DNA of 64,000 nucleotides from a bacterium (GTDB lineage Bacteria; Bacteroidota; Ignavibacteria; Kapaibacteriales; Kapaibacteriaceae): NCBI GenBank assembly GCA_034440235.1, contig JAWXBR010000013.1, positions 2,188 to 66,187 of the forward strand, read 5' to 3'. Shown piece by piece: positions 8,985 to 17,636 of this stretch (position 1 is its first letter; each line of letters starts with the position of its first letter). The notes under the pieces were generated by a model. It saw only the letters and a program-made list of their open reading frames with translations, ran no database searches and was not told where the DNA came from. The position numbers and the translations under genes were made by a program.

Positions 8985-10589
8985 CTACTTCTTAGCGAGC
9001 AACGCCGCAATTTTTTCTGCTGCAAAACGCCCCGTCTCGGCAGCCCCATTCATGTATCCGCGGTGGTCGTTGCTACAGTGTTCACCTGCGAAGAAGAGGT
9101 TGCCTTCGGGAAGGCATTCGCGGCCGTAGAAGTCGGTCCATTGGCCCGGACCGTAACTGGAGTAGCTGGCCTTGACAAACGGTTGGTGTGGCCAGTGAAT
9201 GCGTTCGGTGCGAAGTTTTTTGGTGCTAGATACTAGTGGCCAAATGTTGCTAACATTTTTTAGTACCATGTTAACGGTTTCGTCCTTTGTCATGCCTCCG
9301 GTTAAGCGATTCATGCTCCCACCGCTAAAGAACGTCATACCGCCTGCGGATACGCCTTGCATTCCTGTGTTGTCCCAAGCGACCTGCATTTGCATGTCGG
9401 AGTAGGCGAAGCCGCTGTCGGAAGTGTCTTGCCAGAACGGACGTTCGAAGCCGACGATGGTCTTGCCATTCTGTCCATAGCGCAGTTCATTAATCATCTT
9501 GCGACGCAACGGCGGCAGGTCGATGTCGATCTTCACCTCACGAAGTATCGTCCATGGCAATGCAAGTAGAAGAACGTCTGCTTCGACGTCAACTGACGTT
9601 GCATCCTTACGGAACGAAAGCAGATAACGCGAACCACGCCTGCCAATGTGTTCGAGACGATGCCCCATGTGGATATGATTAAACACACCGGCTGTTAAGT
9701 GACCGCATATCTGTTCGTTGCCACCATGAATTTTGTAGCGTTCGTCGCTTGTACCATACTGGTGAAACATGCCGTCGCTGACATCAGAAGAAACGACTGT
9801 AAGGAAGTTCAACGCACTTTGTTCTCCGAGCTCAAGTCCGTTCTCAGTTACGAATGCGACTTCGAGGAAGCTGCGGAGCCATCCGCTTATGCCGAGCGTT
9901 GTGAAATAGGCATCGATGGACATTTGGTCGAAGGCTTGGGCTGGACTCTCCGCGAGGTTCTTGTAGGACGACGGCATACTCTGAAGATCGCGATCGAGTG
10001 CATCGAGTAACGGACCAATCTCGCGCACCACATCGGCTTCGGTGTACCGACGTCCTTCGAACCAGTACACATCGTTAAAACGTGTTGCCTCGTCCGACGC
10101 AAAGTCGAGGAGCTCAAGTTTGAATTCTTTAACAAGAGCAAGCATGTCTGTGTGCGTCGAATCGATGAACTCTCCGCCCATCTCCGTCCACGAATTCGGA
10201 GCTATCAGATTCCGTGCTGTTAACATGCGTCCACCCGTACGTTGTGCAGCTTCATACACTTCGGCATTGATGCCTTGCTTCTTTAGAAGCCATGCGGCAT
10301 GAAGTCCGCCAACACCTGCACCAACAACTACAACCTTTGCCTTTCGCGATTCGGGTACATCCGACGGACGTCCACACCCCGTAATCCACGACGGCACGAT
10401 AAGGCCAGCACCAGCAAGCGCACCTGCTTTGAGAAAGCCGCGACGTGGTATCATTCCCAGTTCGCGCTGCTCTTCGAGCCCCTTGCCAGCTGCAAGCCCC
10501 GTACCTATTCCAAGCCCCTTGCCAGCTCGCTCGAGTGTTGCAGTTCGGACTGCTCGGCGCAGCATGGAGAATATCGGGGTTTTGGGCAT
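8985..10589 (-). CDS. Flavin monoamine oxidase-family protein with a twin-arginine/lipoprotein signal
   Basis: VVGAGVGGL, YEAAQRTGGR, FFAGEHC...GYMNGAAETG; PRRGFLK motif and ITGC lipobox. Confidence 0.9.
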   Translation of the reverse strand: MPKTPIFSMLRRAVRTATLERAGKGLGIGTGLAAGKGLEEQRELGMIPRRGFLKAGALAGAGLIVPSWITGCGRPSDVPESRKAKVVVVGAGVGGLHAAWLLKKQGINAEVYEAAQRTGGRMLTARNLIAPNSWTEMGGEFIDSTHTDMLALVKEFKLELLDFASDEATRFNDVYWFEGRRYTEADVVREIGPLLDALDRDLQSMPSSYKNLAESPAQAFDQMSIDAYFTTLGISGWLRSFLEVAFVTENGLELGEQSALNFLTVVSSDVSDGMFHQYGTSDERYKIHGGNEQICGHLTAGVFNHIHMGHRLEHIGRRGSRYLLSFRKDATSVDVEADVLLLALPWTILREVKIDIDLPPLRRKMINELRYGQNGKTIVGFERPFWQDTSDSGFAYSDMQMQVAWDNTGMQGVSAGGMTFFSGGSMNRLTGGMTKDETVNMVLKNVSNIWPLVSSTKKLRTERIHWPHQPFVKASYSSYGPGQWTDFYGRECLPEGNLFFAGEHCSNDHRGYMNGAAETGRFAAEKIAALLAKK

Positions 10590-10621
10590 TTGGCAAATCT
10601 ATTATGAACGATCGTCAACAC

Positions 10622-10716
10622 CTACTGACGAAGGATTTTGACACCTGCGGAAGATCTTGCTACTTACAAAGGATCTTCATAATTGCAGGCGATCTTTCTA
10701 CTTACGAAGGATCTTG
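10622..10716. repeat. Imperfect 38-bp tandem repeat x3 anchored on the OmpA gene stop codon
   Basis: CTACTKACRAAGGATYTT begins at 10622, 10660 and 10698; the third copy is the OmpA 3' end. Confidence 0.8.
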
Positions 10717-12110
10717 AAGACCGTGCGTCTGTTTCGCGCGCGGTTTTCCTCGGTGTCGTTTGGCGCCACTGGCATAGAAAAGCCGAAGGCTCGAGTGCGG
10801 AGCGAGGATGTGCCAATGTTTCGGGCGATGAGAGCGTCGCGGACGGCTTCAGCGCGGGCAGTTGAGAGATTTATGTTGAATGCTTCGTCGCCAATATTAT
10901 CGGTATGGCCCTGCACTTCGAGCACAATGCGCGGGTTTCGCGTCATAGCATCTGCTATTTCATCGATGATGTGGAATGAAGAGGTGTCGATGACTGAGCT
11001 GTTGTATGCGAAGAGAATCGGCCGAGTGAATTCTGTTGTGCGGAAGTTGGTATCGATTGGATTTTTCTCGTATTGCCCGCGCGCTACGAGCGTGTCACGT
11101 CCGGGCACATTCACAGTCACATCCACTACGTGCAGTCCGTTGTACTGTGGCGGCACATAACGCACCAGATAGTAATTGCGCAGGCTGCGATAGATGTCAA
11201 CAAAAATCTGTTTGAGATCCTGTTTCGAGTACGCACGATAATACTTGCCGCCGGTGTAAAGCGACAACGCTTGCAACGTCTCGTCGTTTGCGTAGCCGAA
11301 GCCTATGCAATACACCGAGACATTGTTTTTCACGCCATACTCGATGATGTCCTGAACTTTCAACTGCGAAGAATTTTCATCGCCATCAGCAAACACAATA
11401 GCAACCTTGGGCTCACTAATCGGGACACTATCGAGCGTATGTAGTGACTTCATTATCCCGTCCATCGACGCCGAAAAAAGTCCCTGCGTCCGCTTCGAAT
11501 AATCCCGATAGCTGCGCAGGATGTCATTGCCTGACCGCGACAGCGGCGATACGACCGTTGCTTCTTTGTGAAAGCCAGTAATTGAAATCAAATCGCAATC
11601 GCGCTTCATGCCAACGAACAGTTCGGTGCCGGCTTCGATTGCATCCTTTACAGGCTTCATCGAACCTGAGTAATCGAGCGCAAGAGCTATGTATGTTGGA
11701 ATTGAGTCCTGTTCGCTGAACTCACGGACAGTAAATTTTTCTACTACTGCATTTTTCCTAAAACGTCCAGTGCCCAGATGTTCCTCGAGTCGCGTGAAGT
11801 AATTGGGTGCTCCTGCTTTCACATAGGGCTGTGCCATGTGCGTAACGATGTTGCCCGTCGAGTCGAGTACACGTACAAACATTCGAATCGAATCCGGGTA
11901 CGAATAATGTTCAAGTTTCCACACGTCAACCATCAACTTCTTAATGTCAACAGAGTCGATGTGCCGTGTCTGCGTAAACCGAAACTCTGTCTTACGTTCG
12001 GTGCTATCGCGTAGGTCGAACTCCTGACCCAGTTTGTGACTACTCTTGCATGAAAGCAAAAGAGTCAGACACAATGCAAGACATAAGGGCAAGGGGCTAA
12101 GAGGGGGCAT
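10698..12110 (-). CDS. Lipoprotein with VWA and OmpA C-terminal domains
   Basis: Lipobox LLLSC after ATG 12110; LALDYSGSM and VFADGDEN (MIDAS); QGHTDNIG...LSTARAEAV...RARNRRTVF. Confidence 0.9.
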   Translation of the reverse strand: MPPLSPLPLCLALCLTLLLSCKSSHKLGQEFDLRDSTERKTEFRFTQTRHIDSVDIKKLMVDVWKLEHYSYPDSIRMFVRVLDSTGNIVTHMAQPYVKAGAPNYFTRLEEHLGTGRFRKNAVVEKFTVREFSEQDSIPTYIALALDYSGSMKPVKDAIEAGTELFVGMKRDCDLISITGFHKEATVVSPLSRSGNDILRSYRDYSKRTQGLFSASMDGIMKSLHTLDSVPISEPKVAIVFADGDENSSQLKVQDIIEYGVKNNVSVYCIGFGYANDETLQALSLYTGGKYYRAYSKQDLKQIFVDIYRSLRNYYLVRYVPPQYNGLHVVDVTVNVPGRDTLVARGQYEKNPIDTNFRTTEFTRPILFAYNSSVIDTSSFHIIDEIADAMTRNPRIVLEVQGHTDNIGDEAFNINLSTARAEAVRDALIARNIGTSSLRTRAFGFSMPVAPNDTEENRARNRRTVFKILRK

Positions 12111-12112
12111 GC

Positions 12113-12778
12113 TCAGTCGCGGAGTTTGATGCCGATAACCATTCCATCGCCAAGTGGCACGAGAGTACTCTGCAGTTGCGGGTGTGTACTCATGCGTTCG
12201 TTGAACTCGCGAATGGCAATTACGTTTTGTGGCTCGAAATCTGGGTCGGGGTCGGCTACGTGACCCCATGCAAGTGCGTTGTCGCCGATGATAAGGCCAC
12301 CAACACGTAGCATAGGAAGAACCAGTTCGAGGTACCTGAGGTAATTGATCTTGTCGGCATCAATGAATACAGCGTCGAGGCGTGGTTCCTGTTTTAATGT
12401 CGCAATCGACAGTAAGGCCGGACCATGCACCACGCGGATGACGCCACCAAGTCCGGCTTCGTGTGCCTTGCGTGTAATAAACGCAGCGAAGCCAGCATCG
12501 AGTTCGCAAGCAATAAGCTCGCCGTCAGGAGGCAGTGCCCGTGCCATTGCAATGGCAGAGTATCCGGCTAATGAGCCTATCTCAAGAACACGTTTTGCTC
12601 CAATAGACCTGAGCAACACCTGCAGGAAAGCAGTCTGTTCGGGAGCAATCGAAATTGGCGGTATGCCCTCGGAGAGTGATTCCTCTACGAGCTTGCGTAA
12701 GAATTCATCTTCAGCAGAAAAATTCTCGACGATGTATTGATTGAGTTTTTCGGTGAGGTGCGTTGACGAAGTGGCCAT
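12113..12778 (-). CDS. SAM-dependent O-methyltransferase (caffeoyl-CoA OMT-like)
   Basis: VLEIGSLAGYSA, DAVFIDADK, IGDNAL. Confidence 0.92.
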   Translation of the reverse strand: MATSSTHLTEKLNQYIVENFSAEDEFLRKLVEESLSEGIPPISIAPEQTAFLQVLLRSIGAKRVLEIGSLAGYSAIAMARALPPDGELIACELDAGFAAFITRKAHEAGLGGVIRVVHGPALLSIATLKQEPRLDAVFIDADKINYLRYLELVLPMLRVGGLIIGDNALAWGHVADPDPDFEPQNVIAIREFNERMSTHPQLQSTLVPLGDGMVIGIKLRD

Positions 12779-12788
12779 GATGCCTTAA

Positions 12789-12842
12789 TGGTGAGCAGTG
12801 TTACGACACTGACATGGTTCTTTACTGGTGAGCAGTGTTACG
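12789..12842. repeat. 17-bp direct repeat TGGTGAGCAGTGTTACG x2 (period 37)
   Basis: Exact copies at 12789-12805 and 12826-12842 in the mlaD-OMT intergenic region. Confidence 0.85.
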
Positions 12843-12844
12843 GC

Positions 12845-13789
12845 CTAACGCCACCCAATTCCAACGTTTACGTTTACACCACCCTTGTCAACAGCACGAA
12901 TGAACCTATCGAGTCCAACCATGGTTGAGTCGAGGCGACGATAAAATGCTTCGTCGTAAATCAGGCCATGCACCAGCCCCTTACCATCCTTGATTTCACT
13001 GACGACTGCGTTGAGTCTGCTAATAAGTGTATCGGCTTTAATGATAGCGCCATCGGCTTTTGAAAGCGTACCGTCGACTTTCTTTACTGTTTGCGTAAGG
13101 CTGTCTAGCAGTAATGAAAGCTTTGGCTCATTCTTAGCAACAGCTTCTCGAATCTCATCGATGAGCGAGCGTGTGTTGCGTATTGCCATTTGAATTTCAT
13201 TGCGGTTATTATGCACGATGTCGCGCATGTCGCCGATAAGCACAGCACCGTTATCCGTCATCGACCGAATGTCCTGCATCACCTTGCCATCTGCAAGCAG
13301 TGCATTAATTGATGCAGTAATTGAGTCCAAGCGCAAAAGTAGATTCTTAGCTGGCTCGCTTACATCGCCGAGCAGCGTTACTAGTTGCGGGATGTCGGCC
13401 GCAGCCTTACCGGGCATCTCTCTATTAATGTCGAACAGCCCTGCTTCCTTGCCGGACGAAATCTCAACCTTCTTACCGCCGGTAATCTCGAGCATTGTAA
13501 CGAGTGCAGATGCATCGGGATGGAGATCGTCGGCACCGTCGAGCTCCGCCCTGACGAGGACGGAGCCGCTGTCGGTGTGAACGTCTAAGACTGCGCCTCT
13601 GCGCACGCCATCGATTACGACCGGAGATCCAGTTTCTACGCCTCCGGAATTCTCCATTCGAATTTTTACAATCTTGGTTGTAACGCTGAAGCTTATGCCC
13701 TTGCCGAGCATGATGCCACCAATCAGTAGCACAATGCCAACAATGCTTACAAGACCAACTTTTATTTCAGTGCTGCGGGATACTTCCAC
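12845..13789 (-). CDS. MCE/MlaD-family protein
   Basis: EIKVG plus a single TM, GGVETGSPVVIDGV MCE motif, coiled-coil tail with GLVHGLIYDE. Confidence 0.88.
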   Translation of the reverse strand: MEVSRSTEIKVGLVSIVGIVLLIGGIMLGKGISFSVTTKIVKIRMENSGGVETGSPVVIDGVRRGAVLDVHTDSGSVLVRAELDGADDLHPDASALVTMLEITGGKKVEISSGKEAGLFDINREMPGKAAADIPQLVTLLGDVSEPAKNLLLRLDSITASINALLADGKVMQDIRSMTDNGAVLIGDMRDIVHNNRNEIQMAIRNTRSLIDEIREAVAKNEPKLSLLLDSLTQTVKKVDGTLSKADGAIIKADTLISRLNAVVSEIKDGKGLVHGLIYDEAFYRRLDSTMVGLDRFIRAVDKGGVNVNVGIGWR

Positions 13790-13798
13790 GTTGTGCGA

Positions 13799-14230
13799 TC
13801 AAAAAGGGATTTCGTCGGAGGGGCCGTGATCTGGTGTATTGGATGCTGACGTTGTGGCGGTCTCATGTTCTCCGTTACCCGAAGGATGATCGTTCCGCTT
13901 TGCGTCGAGTAACAACAGATTTTCTGCGACGATTTCGGTGATGTAGCGTTTGTTGCCTTCACGGTCTTCGAATGTTCGACTCTGAATTTTTCCCTCGATG
14001 TAAACGCGTGAGCCGCGCTTTAAGAGCTTTTCGACAATATCAGCAAGTCCGCGCCAGGCTATGATGGTATGCCAGTCAGTATGTTCCTGGACGGCGCCAT
14101 CTTTGTCCTTCCAGGTCTCGGACGTAGCGAGCCGGAACTGTGTGACCTTCACCCCGCTAGGCGTGAAGTTTACTTCGGGATCTTTCCCGACGTTGCCAAT
14201 AAGCATGACTTTGTTGAGGGTGCGGGACAT
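13799..14230 (-). CDS. ssb: Single-stranded DNA-binding protein
   Basis: LNKVMLIGNVGKDPE...TDWH...VYIEGKIQSR; acidic tail ending DEIPF. Confidence 0.98.
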   Translation of the reverse strand: MSRTLNKVMLIGNVGKDPEVNFTPSGVKVTQFRLATSETWKDKDGAVQEHTDWHTIIAWRGLADIVEKLLKRGSRVYIEGKIQSRTFEDREGNKRYITEIVAENLLLLDAKRNDHPSGNGEHETATTSASNTPDHGPSDEIPF

Positions 14231-14301
14231 TTTTCACCTCTCGAATAAACGTTGTGTGAACGAAAATAGGTAATTGAGCTAGTAGGTCACCATATTGCGT
14301 T

Positions 14302-15105
14302 ATGGACTTCTTCATCTTCGACGGCATGAAAACTATTCGGTGGAACAGCACGGTGTTCCACGATCTTTCGCTTCCGATATCTGCTACGTCTTCGCCGAAT
14401 GCGTTCCATCTTCCGGCACCAACGTTCGAGCCATTTAGGGCAAGCGGCTTCGTAGGTAGCGTCGAGGAGGGCGGACCATGTCGATGTGATATAGTTTCGA
14501 TAGCGCCGCATGGCAACGGCACGCACACGGAATGTATTGGACATATAGCAGGCCGATCGTTTGTACTTGATGACTGTTTACGCGACGTGTTCTTCATGGC
14601 ACGCGTCGTGACAGTACCTCTGCACTTTTTTTCGGACGGCAGTTCATGTGTCCGTTTAAACGATCTGAAAGGGGCGTGGCCTACCCGCTCCGCGGGCAAC
14701 CACGAAGGGTCTGCCGAAGGTGCGGAGGCATTTGAGGTCGTCGAGGCTCTTATTATTCGCACGCTTCCTAATACCTCGGAGAAGCGCACCCAGATGTGGT
14801 CGGGAAGACAACCTGCATACGTCGAGGTTGCTGCCATGCAGTTTATTCACGAGCAGGGTGTAAAGCACTTGCTGCTCGACCTTCCTTCGGTCGACCCCGA
14901 AGAAGACAGTGGCGCATTGGAAGCGCACAAAGTATTCTGGCAGTGGCCACATGCACCACGCACCGACAGAACAATTACAGAATTGATTTTTGTCGACGAT
15001 GCGATTGCAGACGGAGAGTATCTGCTTCAGATAAGCGTGCCGTCGTTCGATGGCGATGCTACACCGTCGAGGCCGATGCTGTATCCGATTCAGAAAACTG
15101 AATGA
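14302..15105 (+). CDS. Cyclase/kynurenine formamidase (KynB-like) metal hydrolase
   Basis: PHGNGTHTECIGH, LLDLPSVD, ITELI, DATPSRP motifs. Confidence 0.82.
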   Translation: MDFFIFDGMKTIRWNSTVFHDLSLPISATSSPNAFHLPAPTFEPFRASGFVGSVEEGGPCRCDIVSIAPHGNGTHTECIGHIAGRSFVLDDCLRDVFFMARVVTVPLHFFSDGSSCVRLNDLKGAWPTRSAGNHEGSAEGAEAFEVVEALIIRTLPNTSEKRTQMWSGRQPAYVEVAAMQFIHEQGVKHLLLDLPSVDPEEDSGALEAHKVFWQWPHAPRTDRTITELIFVDDAIADGEYLLQISVPSFDGDATPSRPMLYPIQKTE

Positions 15106-15108
15106 GGC

Positions 15109-15139
15109 TGATTCCGGGAATCATTATCTCCCGGAATGA
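15109..15139. repeat. REP-like palindrome, second full copy (inverted relative to 4205-4235)
   Basis: TGATTCCGGGAATCATTATCTCCCGGAATGA equals the reverse complement of 4205-4235 at 30 of 31 positions; lies between convergent genes. Confidence 0.85.
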
Positions 15140-15144
15140 AGGTT

Positions 15145-16401
15145 TTACGCTAGCCCGTACTCGTCGATTTTTCTATACAACGTCCGCTCGCTCATGCCCA
15201 GCAGTACTGCCGCCTCGCGCCTATTGCCCTGAGAGCCACGTAACGCTTCGACGATGGCCTGACGCTCGAGGTCTGCGACGTTTAACGTGGGCAGATTGCC
15301 AGCATGGTATGATTCGCGTACAACTAAAGGCTGGTGCGGTTCGCGTACTACTGGCTGGTGTGGCTCGCGAATCGACACAGGTGTGTATGAATCGTGCGGA
15401 ACAACGGCTGTTGGCGATACTGCGCCCGGTTGTTGAACGGACATTGCGAGGAGGTGGCGTAATACGTTCTTCACGTCCATCACATCCGCACTGAGTTGCA
15501 GTAATGTGCGGTACATCATGCCGATGTCAGCTTCAGCTGAAGCCTTTGGTATGTCTGCTACCCTAACAATAGCAGTAGATGGCTCAAGGTCTCGGGCTTC
15601 TACGTCGGGCAGGTAACGCTGCGCCATTTCAAGAGTAATGCGAGCACCTCGTTCAAGCGTAACCATCGTCTCGACGATGTTGCGCAACTCTCGGACGTTG
15701 CCTGGCCACGGATACTTTGCGAGAAGTTCTGTTGCGTCTGCGTCGATGCCGTCGAATACAATCGATGAACGCTCGACAACTTTTGTAGCGAAGTGCTCAA
15801 CTAGTAACGGAACGTCGTCTGCGTGCTGACGTAGCGGAGGTAGATGAATGTTAACAGAATTCAGACGGAAATAGAGGTCCTGACGAAAGCGGCCTTGACG
15901 TACTTCGTAGATGAGATCGCGGTTTGTAGCTGTAATAATGCGGACATCGACCTTCTGCATTTCCGATGAACCCAAACGCGTAAACTCACCCGACTCAAGT
16001 ACGCGCAACAACTTTACCTGCGTGCCAATTGGCATATCTCCAATCTCGTCCAGAAAAATTGTGCCCTTGTTCGCCGTTTCAAAAAAGCCTTTACGCTGCT
16101 CGACACTGCCTGTGTAAGCCCCTTTTTGAGCCCCAAACAATTCACTCTCTAATAGCGTTTCGGGAATTGCGCCGCAGTTCACACTAACAAACGGAAATCT
16201 CTTGCGCTCACTTAATTCGTGAACAGCATGCGCGAAGACTTCCTTGCCCGTGCCAGTCTCACCAGTAAGCAATACCGTAAGATCGGTTGGTGCCACTTGC
16301 AATAGTCGCGTGATGGTCTGCACCATGAGCGGCGACTCGCCAACGATTCCAAATCGGGTTACGAGTTGCCGAAGCACCTGACGTGTAGCGGTTGCGCTCA
16401 T
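15145..16401 (-). CDS. Sigma54-interaction AAA+ / Fis-HTH transcriptional regulator without a receiver domain
   Basis: GETGTGKE, ESELFG..KGAYTG, LDEIGDM, WPGNVREL; C-terminal HTH LLGMSERTLYRKI. Confidence 0.92.
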   Translation of the reverse strand: MSATATRQVLRQLVTRFGIVGESPLMVQTITRLLQVAPTDLTVLLTGETGTGKEVFAHAVHELSERKRFPFVSVNCGAIPETLLESELFGAQKGAYTGSVEQRKGFFETANKGTIFLDEIGDMPIGTQVKLLRVLESGEFTRLGSSEMQKVDVRIITATNRDLIYEVRQGRFRQDLYFRLNSVNIHLPPLRQHADDVPLLVEHFATKVVERSSIVFDGIDADATELLAKYPWPGNVRELRNIVETMVTLERGARITLEMAQRYLPDVEARDLEPSTAIVRVADIPKASAEADIGMMYRTLLQLSADVMDVKNVLRHLLAMSVQQPGAVSPTAVVPHDSYTPVSIREPHQPVVREPHQPLVVRESYHAGNLPTLNVADLERQAIVEALRGSQGNRREAAVLLGMSERTLYRKIDEYGLA

Positions 16402-16429
16402 GCGTTGTGAATCTTCATAGTCGTTGCAC

Positions 16430-17530
16430 TCATGGGTTCTTCTTCGTCCACTCGGCCCATCCGCCTGTGTAGATGTAGATCGGACCGTATCCGAAGTTCT
16501 TTAAGACGTCGGCAACGCGATGACTAAGCTCGCATTCGCCACCATCACAATAGATGACGATAATCTTGTCGCGCTCAAACTTTATTAGACGTTGTATAAC
16601 GTCAGGCGACTCTGCTTCTGTGCCGTTGATGTTTGCCGCATTGCGAATGTGCCCTTTCTGATAGCTCTCTGGTATACGAGCATCGATGAGTGTCACACAG
16701 GGCATTTTAATAAAGGTTACGAACTGACCATACGAGATTTCTTTGACTACACCACTCTCGGCAACGAAGCAAGGGGCGGAAGGGGTCAGCTTTGCTGTGT
16801 CTACGCCGTTCTTCAGCGCGCGAGCTTTTGAGGTTATCAACGAATCGGCCAATCGCTTAGCTGCTAATGAAGAGTCGCGAGCCGACATCTTCAAACTCGC
16901 TGAAATGCCGCTTGGCTGCGTAGTTGAATCGGTACGCGTAGTATCGGACATCGTAGCAGACATCGCTGCGGGTGTCGATACGAGTGTGTCGCGTGTGTAT
17001 ACCGTGCGCACCCATTTTATGTGTTTGGGATTCAACTCGTTGTACCCATACGCAAGACCAATTGCTGCTACTAGAAAAATCGCTAGGTCGCGCCAAAACG
17101 TGCGACTCCAGTTTGCCGCATTTGTAATGCCGATAGTCGGAGATGTCGAATGTGTGCTCTGAGCTACGATGGATGTCGGCGCATGCTTCGACGTCATGTG
17201 ACCGAGTGGCTCACCGCCGAGAAGGTGGTAGTGTAAATGAAGTACCGTCTGGCCACCATCGTTATTAATGTTAGTAACGACGCGATAGCCAGAGTCCACA
17301 ACATTAAACTTTTCTGCTAACTGTTGCGCGACGTGAAAAACATGTCCGATAAGAGCGTGGTCTTCTGGTGCAATGTCGTTTACACTTCGAATTGGCTTCT
17401 TGGGAATGATGAGAATGTGAACAGGCGCAACCGGAGCGATGTCGCGAATTGCGATTACACTATCGTCTTCATACTCGATCGTAGCAGGGATGTCGCGATC
17501 GATGATTTTGGTGAACAGGCTTCGTTCCAT
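16430..17530 (-). CDS. Fusion of a HIT (Hint-type) domain, a TM helix and a rhodanese domain
   Basis: ATG 17530: SLFTKII...APVHILIIPK...GGQTVLHLHYHLLGG; TM LAIFLVAAIGLAYGY; LIDAR...GHIRNA...IYCDGGECELS...YTGGWAEW. One uninterrupted frame. Confidence 0.88.
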   Translation of the reverse strand: MERSLFTKIIDRDIPATIEYEDDSVIAIRDIAPVAPVHILIIPKKPIRSVNDIAPEDHALIGHVFHVAQQLAEKFNVVDSGYRVVTNINNDGGQTVLHLHYHLLGGEPLGHMTSKHAPTSIVAQSTHSTSPTIGITNAANWSRTFWRDLAIFLVAAIGLAYGYNELNPKHIKWVRTVYTRDTLVSTPAAMSATMSDTTRTDSTTQPSGISASLKMSARDSSLAAKRLADSLITSKARALKNGVDTAKLTPSAPCFVAESGVVKEISYGQFVTFIKMPCVTLIDARIPESYQKGHIRNAANINGTEAESPDVIQRLIKFERDKIIVIYCDGGECELSHRVADVLKNFGYGPIYIYTGGWAEWTKKNP

Positions 17531-17540
17531 AAAAGGCAAA

Positions 17541-17636
17541 TTACAACCGTCGAGAGATGAGGGGTTACAACCGTAGACAGGTGAAGGACTACAAGGGCAG
17601 ACAGAAGGCGGATTACAAACGCAGACCGATGGCGAA
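17541..17636. repeat. Imperfect 24-bp tandem repeat x4 anchored on the patatin stop codon
   Basis: Units start at 17541, 17565, 17589 and 17613, each with YTACAA (minus strand TTG-TAA/TAG); the last is the patatin gene end. Confidence 0.8.

Noticed and set aside
10622-10716. 38-bp and other short repeats as a mini-CRISPR
   Set aside because: Tandem degenerate units with no unique spacers and no cas genes; one unit is coding sequence.
12111-12269. Extended N-terminus of the OmpA/VWA ORF
   Set aside because: Overlaps the O-methyltransferase; the lipoprotein signal begins at 12110.
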